Origin: Candidatus Bathyarchaeota archaeon
GTDB taxonomy: Archaea > Thermoproteota > Bathyarchaeia > Bathyarchaeales > Bathycorpusculaceae
Length of the DNA stretch: 64,000 nt
Assembly (NCBI GenBank): GCA_963815095.1
Contig: CAWFFH010000006.1
Span: 96,001 to 160,000, forward strand
Direction: 5' to 3'
Positions 1-8,841 of this stretch are shown here, in pieces; position 1 is the first letter of the stretch, and each line of letters opens with the position of its first letter. The notes below the pieces were generated by a model. The model was not told the DNA's origin and ran no database searches. It was given only the letters and a program-made list of their open reading frames with translations. A program made the position numbers and the translations under genes.

Positions 1-271
1 TCTCTACCGTTTGAACCGTAAGCAGAGCATCTTTTCCTTCATCTGATAAACAGTATTTGCCATATTCATCGTCCTTTATCAATCCATTAAGTTTGGTTAA
101 GTGATGTTGAAGGTGTCCACTACTTTCAATAGCTGTTTTCTTCTTTAAGTCCGCAAATCCAAGAGAACCTTCGCTTAAGACCTTAAGGATGAGTATGCGT
201 GTTGGATGCCCCAATGCATCAAAGACTTCTGCTCTTTGCCTATCCTGTTCAACCTGCTTATCGTTTTCCAT
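1..271 (-). CDS. ArsR-like winged-helix protein, runs off the window start (3' part missing)
   Basis: Hand translation from the ATG at 271: MENDKQVEQDRQRAEVFDALGHPTRILILKVLSEGSLGFADLKKKTAIESSGHLQHHLTKLNGLIKDDEYGKYCLSDEGK, an ArsR-type wHTH pattern. Not in the ORF track. Confidence 0.8.
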   Translation of the reverse strand, partial: MENDKQVEQDRQRAEVFDALGHPTRILILKVLSEGSLGFADLKKKTAIESSGHLQHHLTKLNGLIKDDEYGKYCLSDEGKDALLTVQTVE

Positions 272-591
272 CTTTTCTCTCTTCCAATATGGCTATTTAA
301 TCCCTCTTTTTGTAGACCGAAAAAATAACTCTTAGAACGGCTAGTCCAGTTTTCTGGACAACCCACGCTACTCTGAAAGCAACCTTTTCCCACGGTTGGA
401 TGTATTCATCCACAATTTCGCTAGGTCAAGAAACCTTTACTAAATCTGCTAATTATAAGGGCTACATTAATTTGGGTTTTTTATAAACCGCCTTTTCTTC
501 GTTTTTTAACTGCTTCAAAACAGAAGACTACATAGTACTCTGTCCATGACCTTTTTCCAAGCGGGTGATGGGGGACCATCAACAATGGCTT

Positions 592-611
592 TTGACTAAA
601 AAATTAGTCAA
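592..611. promoter_or_regulatory. Perfect palindrome TTGACTAA-AAAA-TTAGTCAA, candidate operator
   Basis: 8-bp perfect inverted repeat just upstream of the putative BRE/TATA of the 647 gene, between two divergent wHTH genes. Confidence 0.45.
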
Positions 612-646
612 CAAAGCCTAAATTTACCAATCATTAATTAGCAGTT

Positions 647-1351
647 ATGTCAGGGCTAACCTCACTTCACAAGATTCTCAAAGACGAAACAAGGCAACGA
701 ATACTACTTTTACTGAATGATAGAGGAAGCGTAAGCTACACAGACTTAATGACCGAGGTGAGGATTGGAAGTACCGGAAAAATGAACTATCATCTAAAAA
801 TATTAAACGGACTGATTGCAAAAAATGAGAGCGGGCAGTTTTCCATAACTGAGAAAGGTAAACTTGCTATCCGTCTAATGGAAGAATTCTGTGAAAAGAA
901 AAGTCAGTCACAAAAAGAAGCTTCTTTTCCAAAAGCTTACTTTATTGTTGTTGGAATTTTTTCAACTGTTCTCCTTGCCTTAGAGTTTGGCTTATACGTT
1001 AGCGGGATTATCGGCTTAGACAGATTTGTGGAGTATCTTGCAACCTCCGTTTTAGGTATCGCATTTCTTTTGATTGCTGAACAGGCAAGACGGAGAAGAA
1101 CTATGTCGCAACCTATGAAACAAATGTTGGGGGCAAAAATTGCGTTAATTTTTTCGGGTGCATTTACAGGTGGGGTTACTCTTTTTTTTGGGGGCGGATT
1201 AACTATAGGATTGCTTAAAATTTGGCTTTTTGGCTTTAATTCTTGGATAATAACAAGTTTTACCGTAGGCTCAATTATAGGTGGCTTAATTGGTTATTTG
1301 ATTTATAAGAGAAGCAGATATTCAAAAATCAGCTATTATGAGCCTTTCTAG
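647..1351 (+). CDS. ArsR-like wHTH domain fused to about 4 transmembrane helices
   Basis: N-terminal LKDETRQRILLLL...GKMNYHLKIL...ITEKGK; hydrophobic C-terminal half. Confidence 0.8.
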   Translation: MSGLTSLHKILKDETRQRILLLLNDRGSVSYTDLMTEVRIGSTGKMNYHLKILNGLIAKNESGQFSITEKGKLAIRLMEEFCEKKSQSQKEASFPKAYFIVVGIFSTVLLALEFGLYVSGIIGLDRFVEYLATSVLGIAFLLIAEQARRRRTMSQPMKQMLGAKIALIFSGAFTGGVTLFFGGGLTIGLLKIWLFGFNSWIITSFTVGSIIGGLIGYLIYKRSRYSKISYYEPF

Positions 1352-1488
1352 AGATACTGTGAAAAATTTGGGTTAAAGAACACTAGAAATTCCGATGACT
1401 TTTTTCTCACGATTGGGTGTATCACCACTTTGGTGAATTAGCAAAGTCTTATTAATCAACTTAAAACAGAATAAATTGTTGACTGAAA

Positions 1489-1939
1489 ATGGCAAGAAAG
1501 CTTTCTAAAGCAAACATAGCTTTGATTTTCTTTACAGCTATCCTCTTGTTGTCTGTTTTCGCCCAAATTGCGTATCAAGCACAACTACGGATCAAACTAT
1601 TATCCAGAATTCTACATTCATGCTGAAAAATTAACGACAAAACCAGAGCAATATTTCATATTGTCAAACCCCGACCCATACGTCCTCAGAGCAATAAACG
1701 GTGAACAGAACCTTTTAGCTCCCCAAAGAGAAACGCAAATCTTAGATTTAGAGGAACAACATAAAACAAGTAACGTAGAATACAATGGTTCATACTATGC
1801 AGTTTGGGTTGCGTTTGTAGATGCTTTTCCACCGCCTACATTGCCCTACATATTAGCTGGATTTGCTTTGTCGGTCATGGGAATAGTTGCAATACTGATT
1901 TTTCATGTCGCAAGACGCTTTAAGCCACCGAAAAAATAG
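1489..1939 (+). CDS. Secreted or membrane-anchored hypothetical protein with one +1 frameshift near 1577
   Basis: ATG 1489 gives a signal peptide (MARKLSKANIALIFFTAILLLSVFAQIA). Removing one A in CAAGCAC joins it to ORF 1568-1939, which ends in a TM helix and basic tail. Confidence 0.6.
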
Positions 1940-2072
1940 AATTTTTCCCGCTTAATTTTTAAGAATAAAAATTTGGGAGCGGTCTTTCCTTGTTGGAATT
2001 CCGCTTGCACAGCAGCGTTATTAATCGACGTGGCTTGTCCAGATACGTACGATTTCTTTGAAGTCCAGGATT

Positions 2073-2609
2073 TTAGCGCCAAACGTGTGGCTTGCGGTAA
2101 TTTTTAGCTTGCGAGTCTCAATTGCTTTGTCGGTTTCAATGAGTAGCTGGGCGCCACAGTGAGAAACCAAACAAATCTCCCGAATCTGAAAACCACGGCT
2201 AGCTAGCGCTCATAACGCTGCTATAATATCCAAAAGTGATAACAAACCCGTTCACAGTCAAAATATCTAGGAGCCATCGAGAAGCTGTTTACAACAGTTG
2301 TTCAAATTACATGGTACAGCTCCAAATATTTGCGGTACTATAGGGCGGGTCAAGCAAAACAATATCAAACAACACGCCCTTTTCACGGAACATTTTAGCG
2401 CATTCCAGGGCATCCATCTTGAAAAGAATACCGGGCAAATCAGGGTCTAGATCGTTGGTGACTTCAATACAACACATCAGCCTTGTGGAACCTGCAAAGA
2501 GGTTAAGCACATACTTGCCCTTGCAGTGCTCCTCAACCCATGCCTTCGTCTTAGGCGCCTTGAACGTGTAGCGGTTAAGCGGCTGACGCAAATAAGTGAA
2601 CTCAACCAA
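2073..2609 (-). pseudogene. Decayed virus/plasmid-type N6-adenine DNA methyltransferase
   Basis: LNLFAG (SAM-binding motif I) and DPPY (motif IV). The frame breaks right after DPPYS; continuation fragments (FVITFGY, GFQIREICLVSH) lie in other frames. Confidence 0.65.
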
Positions 2610-2787
2610 GCCGATGCCTCCGTTTATCAACGTGGTCCTGATAGAGTTCCTCTTCAATGAGCGCCTTATCCATCAAATCAGCAAGCGCTTTGCCCATGTC
2701 GCCGCCAAAATAGCGGTCGACAATCGTTGCGGAAAACGCTTTGAGAAGCTGAGTTGAGACCTTATTATATTCTTGAATACTGCTCAA
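2602..2787 (-). CDS. Small RHH/CopG-like protein, paralogue of 17970-18227
   Basis: 18 of 36 ungapped identities with the 17970 protein (LKxFxxxIVxxYFxGxMxKAxxxLMxKAxxEE). Confidence 0.6.
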   Translation of the reverse strand: MSSIQEYNKVSTQLLKAFSATIVDRYFGGDMGKALADLMDKALIEEELYQDHVDKRRHRLG

Positions 2788-2904
2788 GAAAAGAGGCCCC
2801 CAAAAACGTTTATAGCCTGTGCTAAGCCTGAAAAATACTTAATTTTTAAAATAAAGGAAAAAGATGATAGAAAAACTACTATTAGTAGTTTTTCACGTAA
2901 GTGT

Positions 2905-2981
2905 TGGCGCCGCCGAAAGGACTCGAACCTTTGACCTACTGATTAACAGTCAGTTGCACTACCGGGCTGTGCAACGGCGGC
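2905..2981 (-). tRNA. tRNA-Asn(GTT), intronless, CCA encoded
   Basis: Acceptor GCCGCCG/CGGCGGC + G + CCA; D stem GCAC/GTGC; anticodon arm ACTGA-CTGTTAA-TCAGT; T arm AAAGG-TTCGAGT-CCTTT. Confidence 0.97.
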
Positions 2982-3112
2982 AAACCATTGTTCTCTCATC
3001 TTTCAGATTCACAAGACTATTTAAGTTTAGCCGTGTTTCCGAAACAGGCTGTTGGACAAATCTCAAAGAACTTTATTTGATGATTTAAGTTGCTATGGGT
3101 GGGTTGGTTGCT

Positions 3113-3136
3113 TGTTGTAGTGGCGAGGCTACAACA
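3113..3136 (+). promoter_or_regulatory. Palindrome TGTTGTAG-N8-CTACAACA, 4 nt upstream of TATA box CTTATAT
   Basis: Perfect 8-bp arms; the same TGTTG-N14-CAACA geometry recurs at 12232 and 33931. Confidence 0.55.
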
Positions 3137-3186
3137 CGATCTTATATCTTACATCTTCTCTCTTACTATATTAGTAAGTTTGGATT

Positions 3187-3528
3187 TTGAAACATTTTAC
3201 GGAGTTGAACAAAATTTTTAATAAAAAAATATTCCACGGTGCCATTCTCGAAAGCATCATTCTAAACCTAATAAACGAAACTTCTGATTATGGTCTACAC
3301 GGTTACGCTATCCTGACGGCCGTACAGAAAAAATTCGGCATACGGTTAGGTCCCTCTTTGATATACCCTGAGCTCAAACGTTTAGAGAAACGGGGGTTCA
3401 TAACTTCAAGCTGGATATTCGTCTTGGGAAAAGCCCGCAAGCAGTACCGAATTACGCAAAAAGGGCAATGTTTACTTAGAGAATATTTTGTGGAGTTAAA
3501 AGCAGTCATACCAGTTTTCGCTGCATAA
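3187..3528 (+). CDS. PadR-family transcriptional regulator
   Basis: LHGYAIL...LGPSLIYPELKRLEKRGFI...RKQYRITQKG signature. Confidence 0.9.
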   Translation: MKHFTELNKIFNKKIFHGAILESIILNLINETSDYGLHGYAILTAVQKKFGIRLGPSLIYPELKRLEKRGFITSSWIFVLGKARKQYRITQKGQCLLREYFVELKAVIPVFAA

Positions 3529-3717
3529 AAAAATAATATAGTTGCTGAATCCGTTTTCTTCCTGTCTCCTATGCGTAATTATCGGAAAATAAGCGTGATT
3601 TGCCGTTAAGGGTTATAAATTCAATTGTACTCATGTACAACGATTATTTTCTTATTATGTTGCGAGCACAAGTTTTTATACCCTTTTTGTACATGGGCAA
3701 CATACAAGAGTCTTTTT

Positions 3718-3843
3718 ATGGTTGACTGCCCTAAATGCGGAAAAAAACTGAGTAAACCCGATAGAAAACTCGAAAATTTTGTCTTCTTTATTGCAGTTTT
3801 CACCTGCGACGAATGTGAAACCCAAATCAAAATAACTCACTGA
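3718..3843 (+). CDS. 41-aa zinc-ribbon microprotein
   Basis: MVDCPKCGKK...FTCDEC, two CxxC pairs; TTTTATA box about 40 nt upstream. Confidence 0.65.
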   Translation: MVDCPKCGKKLSKPDRKLENFVFFIAVFTCDECETQIKITH

Positions 3844-3888
3844 ATATTTAAGAAGCCAAAGATTATAAACGTAAAAGCAGAAAAATGG

Positions 3889-5352
3889 CTATTCTGTTCG
3901 TCTCACTTTGTACTTTGCGATCGCTGAGAAGCCTTTATAGAATTCTTTCATAATGAGTGAGTACCATTTGCCCGAAAAAGACCAATCTAACAGGTTGTCA
4001 ACCCAGCGGAAGTCGTGTTCGGCACATGAAACCAGCAGTTGCTTATGCAAAGAGCTAAGCTTCGTTTCTTCAAACCAGTCTGCGCTCTGAAGTTTTCCCA
4101 GGGGAACAAAGAACAATGGCACAATCAGGCTTCGCATATCTTTGAGGTCGTCAACCAAATCCATCGTTTTTATTACATCGTCCTCGGTTTCGTCGGGTAA
4201 CCCAACAATCAATGTACAAGCGGGAACCAGTTTGTTATCATGCATCAAACCCATGCCGTTCACAACTACATCATGCCAATTTTCTGCCAGAAATGGATGA
4301 GCTTTTGCAGGCATAATCTTCTTTGCCACATCGCCTGACCCAGTCTCGATGCCCACTTCAGCACCCCACCAAGTTTGGTTCTGCAAAATAATCTCCGAAA
4401 GTTCGTGGAAAAGTTTAGGCGAAGAAGCCACTGCAGCCAAAGAACAATGACTCCAACTTATCCCATCAACCTGTTTCATAACCATCTTGTGCAAAGCCAA
4501 AATCTGCTCCCCATTTGGCACAGTGTTATTTGAGCCATAAAGCATAACATCTTCAGAATGGAGACAAGCACCAGTCACTTTATCCGACGACAAATTAACT
4601 TGGAGTTCTCGGTCAATTTTTTCAATCGGATACCATCTTAACGGGCGCAAAGTGACGTTGCAGAATTGGCAGCCACGACAACATCCTCGTCCAATCTCAA
4701 TCAAACCATTAATCGAAGGTGAAACAATATCGGGAATTTCTTCCAAACTTGGAACTTCACTAGCACCAACCTCGTAATGACTTGGAAGATCTTGACCTTC
4801 AATAGCTGCTTTAAAGAGCTTACCCACTACATTTTCCCCTTCCCCTTCAACCACGCAGTCGATGCCCAAATCCTTAACCAATTTTTCTCGATACTTAAAC
4901 TGCCATGCCCCGGGACCTCCGACAATAACTTTTAAGCCGTTTTGTTTTGCTTTTTTGATTTCCGAACTTCTAAGTAATGCTTGAAAATACTTTGCAAGAT
5001 ATGGCTCTTTTTTGAAGATAGATGCAAGAGTTGTAGAGGCAGGTCCTAAACCAAACGGATCCATCGCGTGAATGCCCAGAACCTTTGCATCCTTTAAGGC
5101 GTCTCCAAGGCGATTTGGGCTTAGGGTTTCCACTTTGAAGCCTTCTTTTAGAAGTTGGGCTTCAGTTTTTCTTAGGCCATATGGAGCTGCCCAAGGTTGT
5201 CCGTTGCTGGTTTTTAGATGCGGAAAAAAAAGGTAGCTATAGAGCCATTCGGGGATAAAATTTGGAGGGGCGCATGTACCGAAACCTAGAAATTCATTAT
5301 TATGATAGTTACTCATTAGCGTTCTGTCCGCAGTTAAAATTACATCTGCCAT
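3889..5352 (-). CDS. B12-binding-domain radical SAM protein
   Basis: EIGRGCCRGCQFC (CxxxCxxC), VIVGGPG cobalamin-domain motif, GIETGS. Confidence 0.88.
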   Translation of the reverse strand: MADVILTADRTLMSNYHNNEFLGFGTCAPPNFIPEWLYSYLFFPHLKTSNGQPWAAPYGLRKTEAQLLKEGFKVETLSPNRLGDALKDAKVLGIHAMDPFGLGPASTTLASIFKKEPYLAKYFQALLRSSEIKKAKQNGLKVIVGGPGAWQFKYREKLVKDLGIDCVVEGEGENVVGKLFKAAIEGQDLPSHYEVGASEVPSLEEIPDIVSPSINGLIEIGRGCCRGCQFCNVTLRPLRWYPIEKIDRELQVNLSSDKVTGACLHSEDVMLYGSNNTVPNGEQILALHKMVMKQVDGISWSHCSLAAVASSPKLFHELSEIILQNQTWWGAEVGIETGSGDVAKKIMPAKAHPFLAENWHDVVVNGMGLMHDNKLVPACTLIVGLPDETEDDVIKTMDLVDDLKDMRSLIVPLFFVPLGKLQSADWFEETKLSSLHKQLLVSCAEHDFRWVDNLLDWSFSGKWYSLIMKEFYKGFSAIAKYKVRRTE

Positions 5353-5627
5353 TTGCGTTTCCTCTCAGTCATTCTTTAAAACTACTGTATAGCGAGATTT
5401 TAGTCACTCAACGGGGGGATATAACTTTATTGCTATCTATCTTGACCACAAAATCATGGTGTTTTTAGTGCTAAATGCTGAAGCTTCGATGGTATTTATG
5501 TCAATGTTGATTAAGGTTATTTTTACATTAAATTCGAGTGTTTTTGCGTTTAACCACGAAAATGTATATCAAGGTACTCGTGAATTTACTAGAGAAAAGA
5601 CTTAGTGAAGGGATTGCTTTGAAAATT

Positions 5628-6182
5628 ATGGTAGAGTTTAGATGGCATGGAAGAGGCGGACAAGGCGCTTGGACAGCCAGCGAACTTTTGGCAAGAACAG
5701 CCCTCGATGAGGGTAAATACATTCAATCTTTCCCAGAGTTTGGGCCAGAACGAATGGGTGCGCCAGTAACTGCTTTTACCCGAATCAGCACTGAACCAAT
5801 ACGGTTACATTGTGCAATCTATGATCCAGACGTTGTGGTAGTCTTAGATAACACTTTACTGAAAAGTGTACCAGTCACCGCAGGATTAAACCGTGAAGAA
5901 ACCTCTTTAATTATTAATTCAAATGAGGAACCTACGGTTTTGAAAGAAAACCTTCGAGTTACCAAATGCAAAGTTTGGACCGTACCAGCGACCGAGATTG
6001 CCATAAGAATTTTGGGTGCTCCAATAACAAATACCGCTCTGCTAGGCGTTGTTGCTAAAGCAACTGACATAGTAACCTTAGAGGGAATAGAAAAAACTTT
6101 GAAAGGACGATTCAGACCTGACTTGGCAGAGAAAAACTTTGCAGTCATAAAGGAAGCCTACAAGGAGGCAAAAGTAGAATGA
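5628..6182 (+). CDS. porG: Pyruvate/2-oxoacid:ferredoxin oxidoreductase gamma subunit
   Basis: EFRWHGRGGQG, FPEFGPERMGAPV. Confidence 0.93.
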   Translation: MVEFRWHGRGGQGAWTASELLARTALDEGKYIQSFPEFGPERMGAPVTAFTRISTEPIRLHCAIYDPDVVVVLDNTLLKSVPVTAGLNREETSLIINSNEEPTVLKENLRVTKCKVWTVPATEIAIRILGAPITNTALLGVVAKATDIVTLEGIEKTLKGRFRPDLAEKNFAVIKEAYKEAKVE

Positions 6183-6463
6183 GTAGCAAAGAAAAAACTT
6201 GGAAAGAAATCTCTATAGCCGGCGTTCCTCCAAAATCCAGCATTGGATTCATGACTGGTGACTGGAAAACTTACATGCCTGTCCGCGACCTAGAGAAATG
6301 CACTGTATGCTTAACATGCGTCATGTTCTGTCCTGAAGGCGCAATTAAATATCGTCCTGAAATGGGCAAAATCGAATTCGACTTCAGCTTCTGCAAAGGT
6401 TGCGGAATATGCGCAAACGAATGCCCAACCAAAGCAATAACTATGAAGATGCCTGAGGAATAA
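6179..6463 (+). CDS. porD: 2-oxoacid:ferredoxin oxidoreductase delta subunit, 2x[4Fe-4S]
   Basis: TGDWK, CxxCxxCxxxCP, CKGCGICANECP. Confidence 0.95.
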   Translation: MSSKEKTWKEISIAGVPPKSSIGFMTGDWKTYMPVRDLEKCTVCLTCVMFCPEGAIKYRPEMGKIEFDFSFCKGCGICANECPTKAITMKMPEE

Positions 6464-6465
6464 AA

Positions 6466-7702
6466 ATGACACAAAAATCTAAACAAGAAACCGTAGCTAT
6501 GAATGGTGACGAAGCAGTTGCCTTCGCAGTTAAACAATGCGACGTTGATGTTGTTGCTGCTTACCCAATTACGCCCCAAACAATCATTGTTGAAAAATTC
6601 AGCGAATACGTCGCCAACGGAGAAGTCAAAACAGAATTTGTCTGCACCGAATCAGAACACAGCGCCATGACAGCATAGTCTTGCAGCATCAGCAACAGGA
6701 GCACGAACTTTCACCGCCAGCGCTTCAGCAGGTTTAGCACTAATGCATGAAATGCTCTTTGTTACTTCGGGTTCTCGTGTACCAGTCGTAATGGCGGTTG
6801 CTAACCGCGCGCTATCGGCGCCTCTCAACATTCATGGTGACCACTCAGACAGTATGGCTGAGCGAGATAGCGGGTGGCTACAAATTTACGTTGAAAACGC
6901 CCAGGAAGCATACGACTCCATCCTTCAAGCCTTCAAGATAGCAGAGGATATTGGTGTTTCATTACCTATAATTGTGGGTTTAGACGGGTTCACTATTAGT
7001 CATACACTTGAACGAGTAGACACACTTTCAGATAGACGAAGTCAAGCAATTCGTTGGAGAACGTCAATTTCCATTTGTTCTTACACATGAAGGAAAAACT
7101 GTTCCTTTCAAACTTGACCCCGAAAACCCCATGACTATGGGTCCAAACGCGCTACAGAATTACTATTTCGAGTTTAAGAGGCAACAACAAGAAGGCATGA
7201 ACAACGCATTAAAAAAGATCCAAGAAGTCAACGCTGAATACGCCAAAATCAGCGGCAGAAGCTATGGCAACGGACTCATAGACGCATATCAACTTGAAGA
7301 TGCAGAAATCGCAATTGTATGCATAGGCTCAACCGCTGGAACACTAAAGGTATTAGTTGACCAACTAAGAGCAAGAAGGAATTAAAGCAGGTGTTCTACG
7401 GCTTCGCACATTTAGACCGCTGCCATTCGAAGAACTTCAAAATGCCCTTAAAAACGATTAAGGTTATTGCAGTTATGGATAAAAGCATGAGTCCAGGCGG
7501 GTTAGGCGCTCCGGTCTTCAGTGAAGTCAAAAACGCACTCTACGCCCTAAACCAACGCCCAATTATGGTCAATTACATTTTCGGTTTAGGCGGCAGAGAC
7601 AGTAGCCCACGTGACCTGCGAAAAATCTTTGAAGACTTATCTAAAATTGCTAAAACTGGGCAAGTCGATAAGGAAGTGCATTATTTAGGATTAAGGGAGT
7701 AG
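6466..7702 (+). CDS. porA: 2-oxoacid:ferredoxin oxidoreductase alpha subunit, split by four +1 frameshifts (probably sequencing errors)
   Basis: [30 protein letters not shown]. Removing single As near 6677, 7034, 7373 and 7450-7457 restores one continuous frame. Confidence 0.9.
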
Positions 7703-7711
7703 GAGACAAAA

Positions 7712-8677
7712 ATGACAACTCAAGAATGGAAATTCACAGCTAAAGATATTGCAAACAAACCAGACCTGTTCCTTTCAGGGCACCGTGCATGTGCCGGTTG
7801 TGGACCAGCTGCAATGCTAAGAATGGTAATGAAAGCAACCCGTGGACCAACAATCGTGACTCAAGCAACCGGCTGCATGGAAATCGTCGGCTCAATTTAC
7901 CCTTACTCATCTTGGGCTCTTCCATGGCTTCACACCGCATTTGAGAATGCTGCTGCTAATGCTTCAGGTATCGATGCAGCAATCAAAGCTATGCGCAAAA
8001 AAGGAAAAATAAAACAAGAGCATATAGACATCATCGCGTTAGCCGGTGATGGCGGAACCTACGACATTGGTTTGCAAGCACTATCGGGTGCAGTGGAGCG
8101 TGGACACGATTTTCTCTTCATTCTCTATGATAACGAAGGTTACATGAACACTGGCATCCAAAGAAGCAGCTCTACACCTCTTGGCGCAGCGACAACTACA
8201 ACTCCCGCTGGTTCAGTAAACCCTGGCAAACTAGAAAAGAAAAAACCCATCACAGAAATAATGCTGGCACACGAAATGGAATACGTGGCAACAGCAACAC
8301 CGTACTACTGGAAAGACATGCTAACAAAAGTGCGCAAAGGCTTAGAAGTTGAAGGCCCAGCATTTCTACACATATTTGCTCCTTGTCCAAGAGGCTGGAG
8401 AAGCGACCCAGCAAAAACCATGGAGTACAGCAAACTCTCTGTTGAGTCATGTGTGTTTCCAATATGGGAAGCAGTCAATGGCAAACGAACACTCTCAACA
8501 CCTAGCAAACTCATCTCTCTCGCACCTCAGAAAAAGAAGCCTGTGAAAGCTTACCTTGAAGGACAAGGCAGGTTCAGACACCTCTTTACGCCACAAAACT
8601 CGAATGTCCTCGACGAGATTCAACGCGCCACTGATGAACGTTGGCAACGGCTCTTGCAGAAATGTGAGTCAACCTAA
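7712..8677 (+). CDS. porB: 2-oxoacid:ferredoxin oxidoreductase beta subunit
   Basis: GHRACAGCG, GDGGTYDIG TPP motif, YDNEGYMNTGIQRS, PCPRGW. Confidence 0.95.
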   Translation: MTTQEWKFTAKDIANKPDLFLSGHRACAGCGPAAMLRMVMKATRGPTIVTQATGCMEIVGSIYPYSSWALPWLHTAFENAAANASGIDAAIKAMRKKGKIKQEHIDIIALAGDGGTYDIGLQALSGAVERGHDFLFILYDNEGYMNTGIQRSSSTPLGAATTTTPAGSVNPGKLEKKKPITEIMLAHEMEYVATATPYYWKDMLTKVRKGLEVEGPAFLHIFAPCPRGWRSDPAKTMEYSKLSVESCVFPIWEAVNGKRTLSTPSKLISLAPQKKKPVKAYLEGQGRFRHLFTPQNSNVLDEIQRATDERWQRLLQKCEST

Positions 8678-8691
8678 CTTTTTCCTTTTTT
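8678..8691 (+). terminator. Oligo-T terminator of the por operon
   Basis: CTTTTTCCTTTTTT directly after the porB stop codon. Confidence 0.5.
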
Positions 8692-8841
8692 ATTTAACCT
8701 GAATTAAAGCTTGTTTTTGGTAATGCTGTTTTTTCATTGTTAATAGATGGGGGATCGCCAAAAATGACCTATCCTCTAACGTTTCTGCAATGAGCTTCCA
8801 TTAGGCTCCGAATAGGTTCGCCTTGAAGAAGAATACCCAGT

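Noticed and set aside
1362-2003. AAAAATTTGGG...AATTCCG repeated after two accessory genes; possible integron attC sites
   Set aside because: No RYYYAAC/GTTRRRY core sites or attC-like fold, only two loose copies, and no integrase.
2864-3088. ORF overlapping tRNA-Asn (likewise 18807-19043 over tRNA-Ala)
   Set aside because: Shadow ORFs across clear tRNA genes.
6676-6678. TAG at a position where porA has Cys; possible pyrrolysine or readthrough
   Set aside because: The downstream coding sequence is in another frame, so readthrough would not restore the protein. A single inserted A explains it.
8745-8840. Hairpins GACCTAT/ATAGGTT and GAGCTT/AGGCTC between convergent genes
   Set aside because: Short stems that could arise by chance; no promoter or family hallmark.
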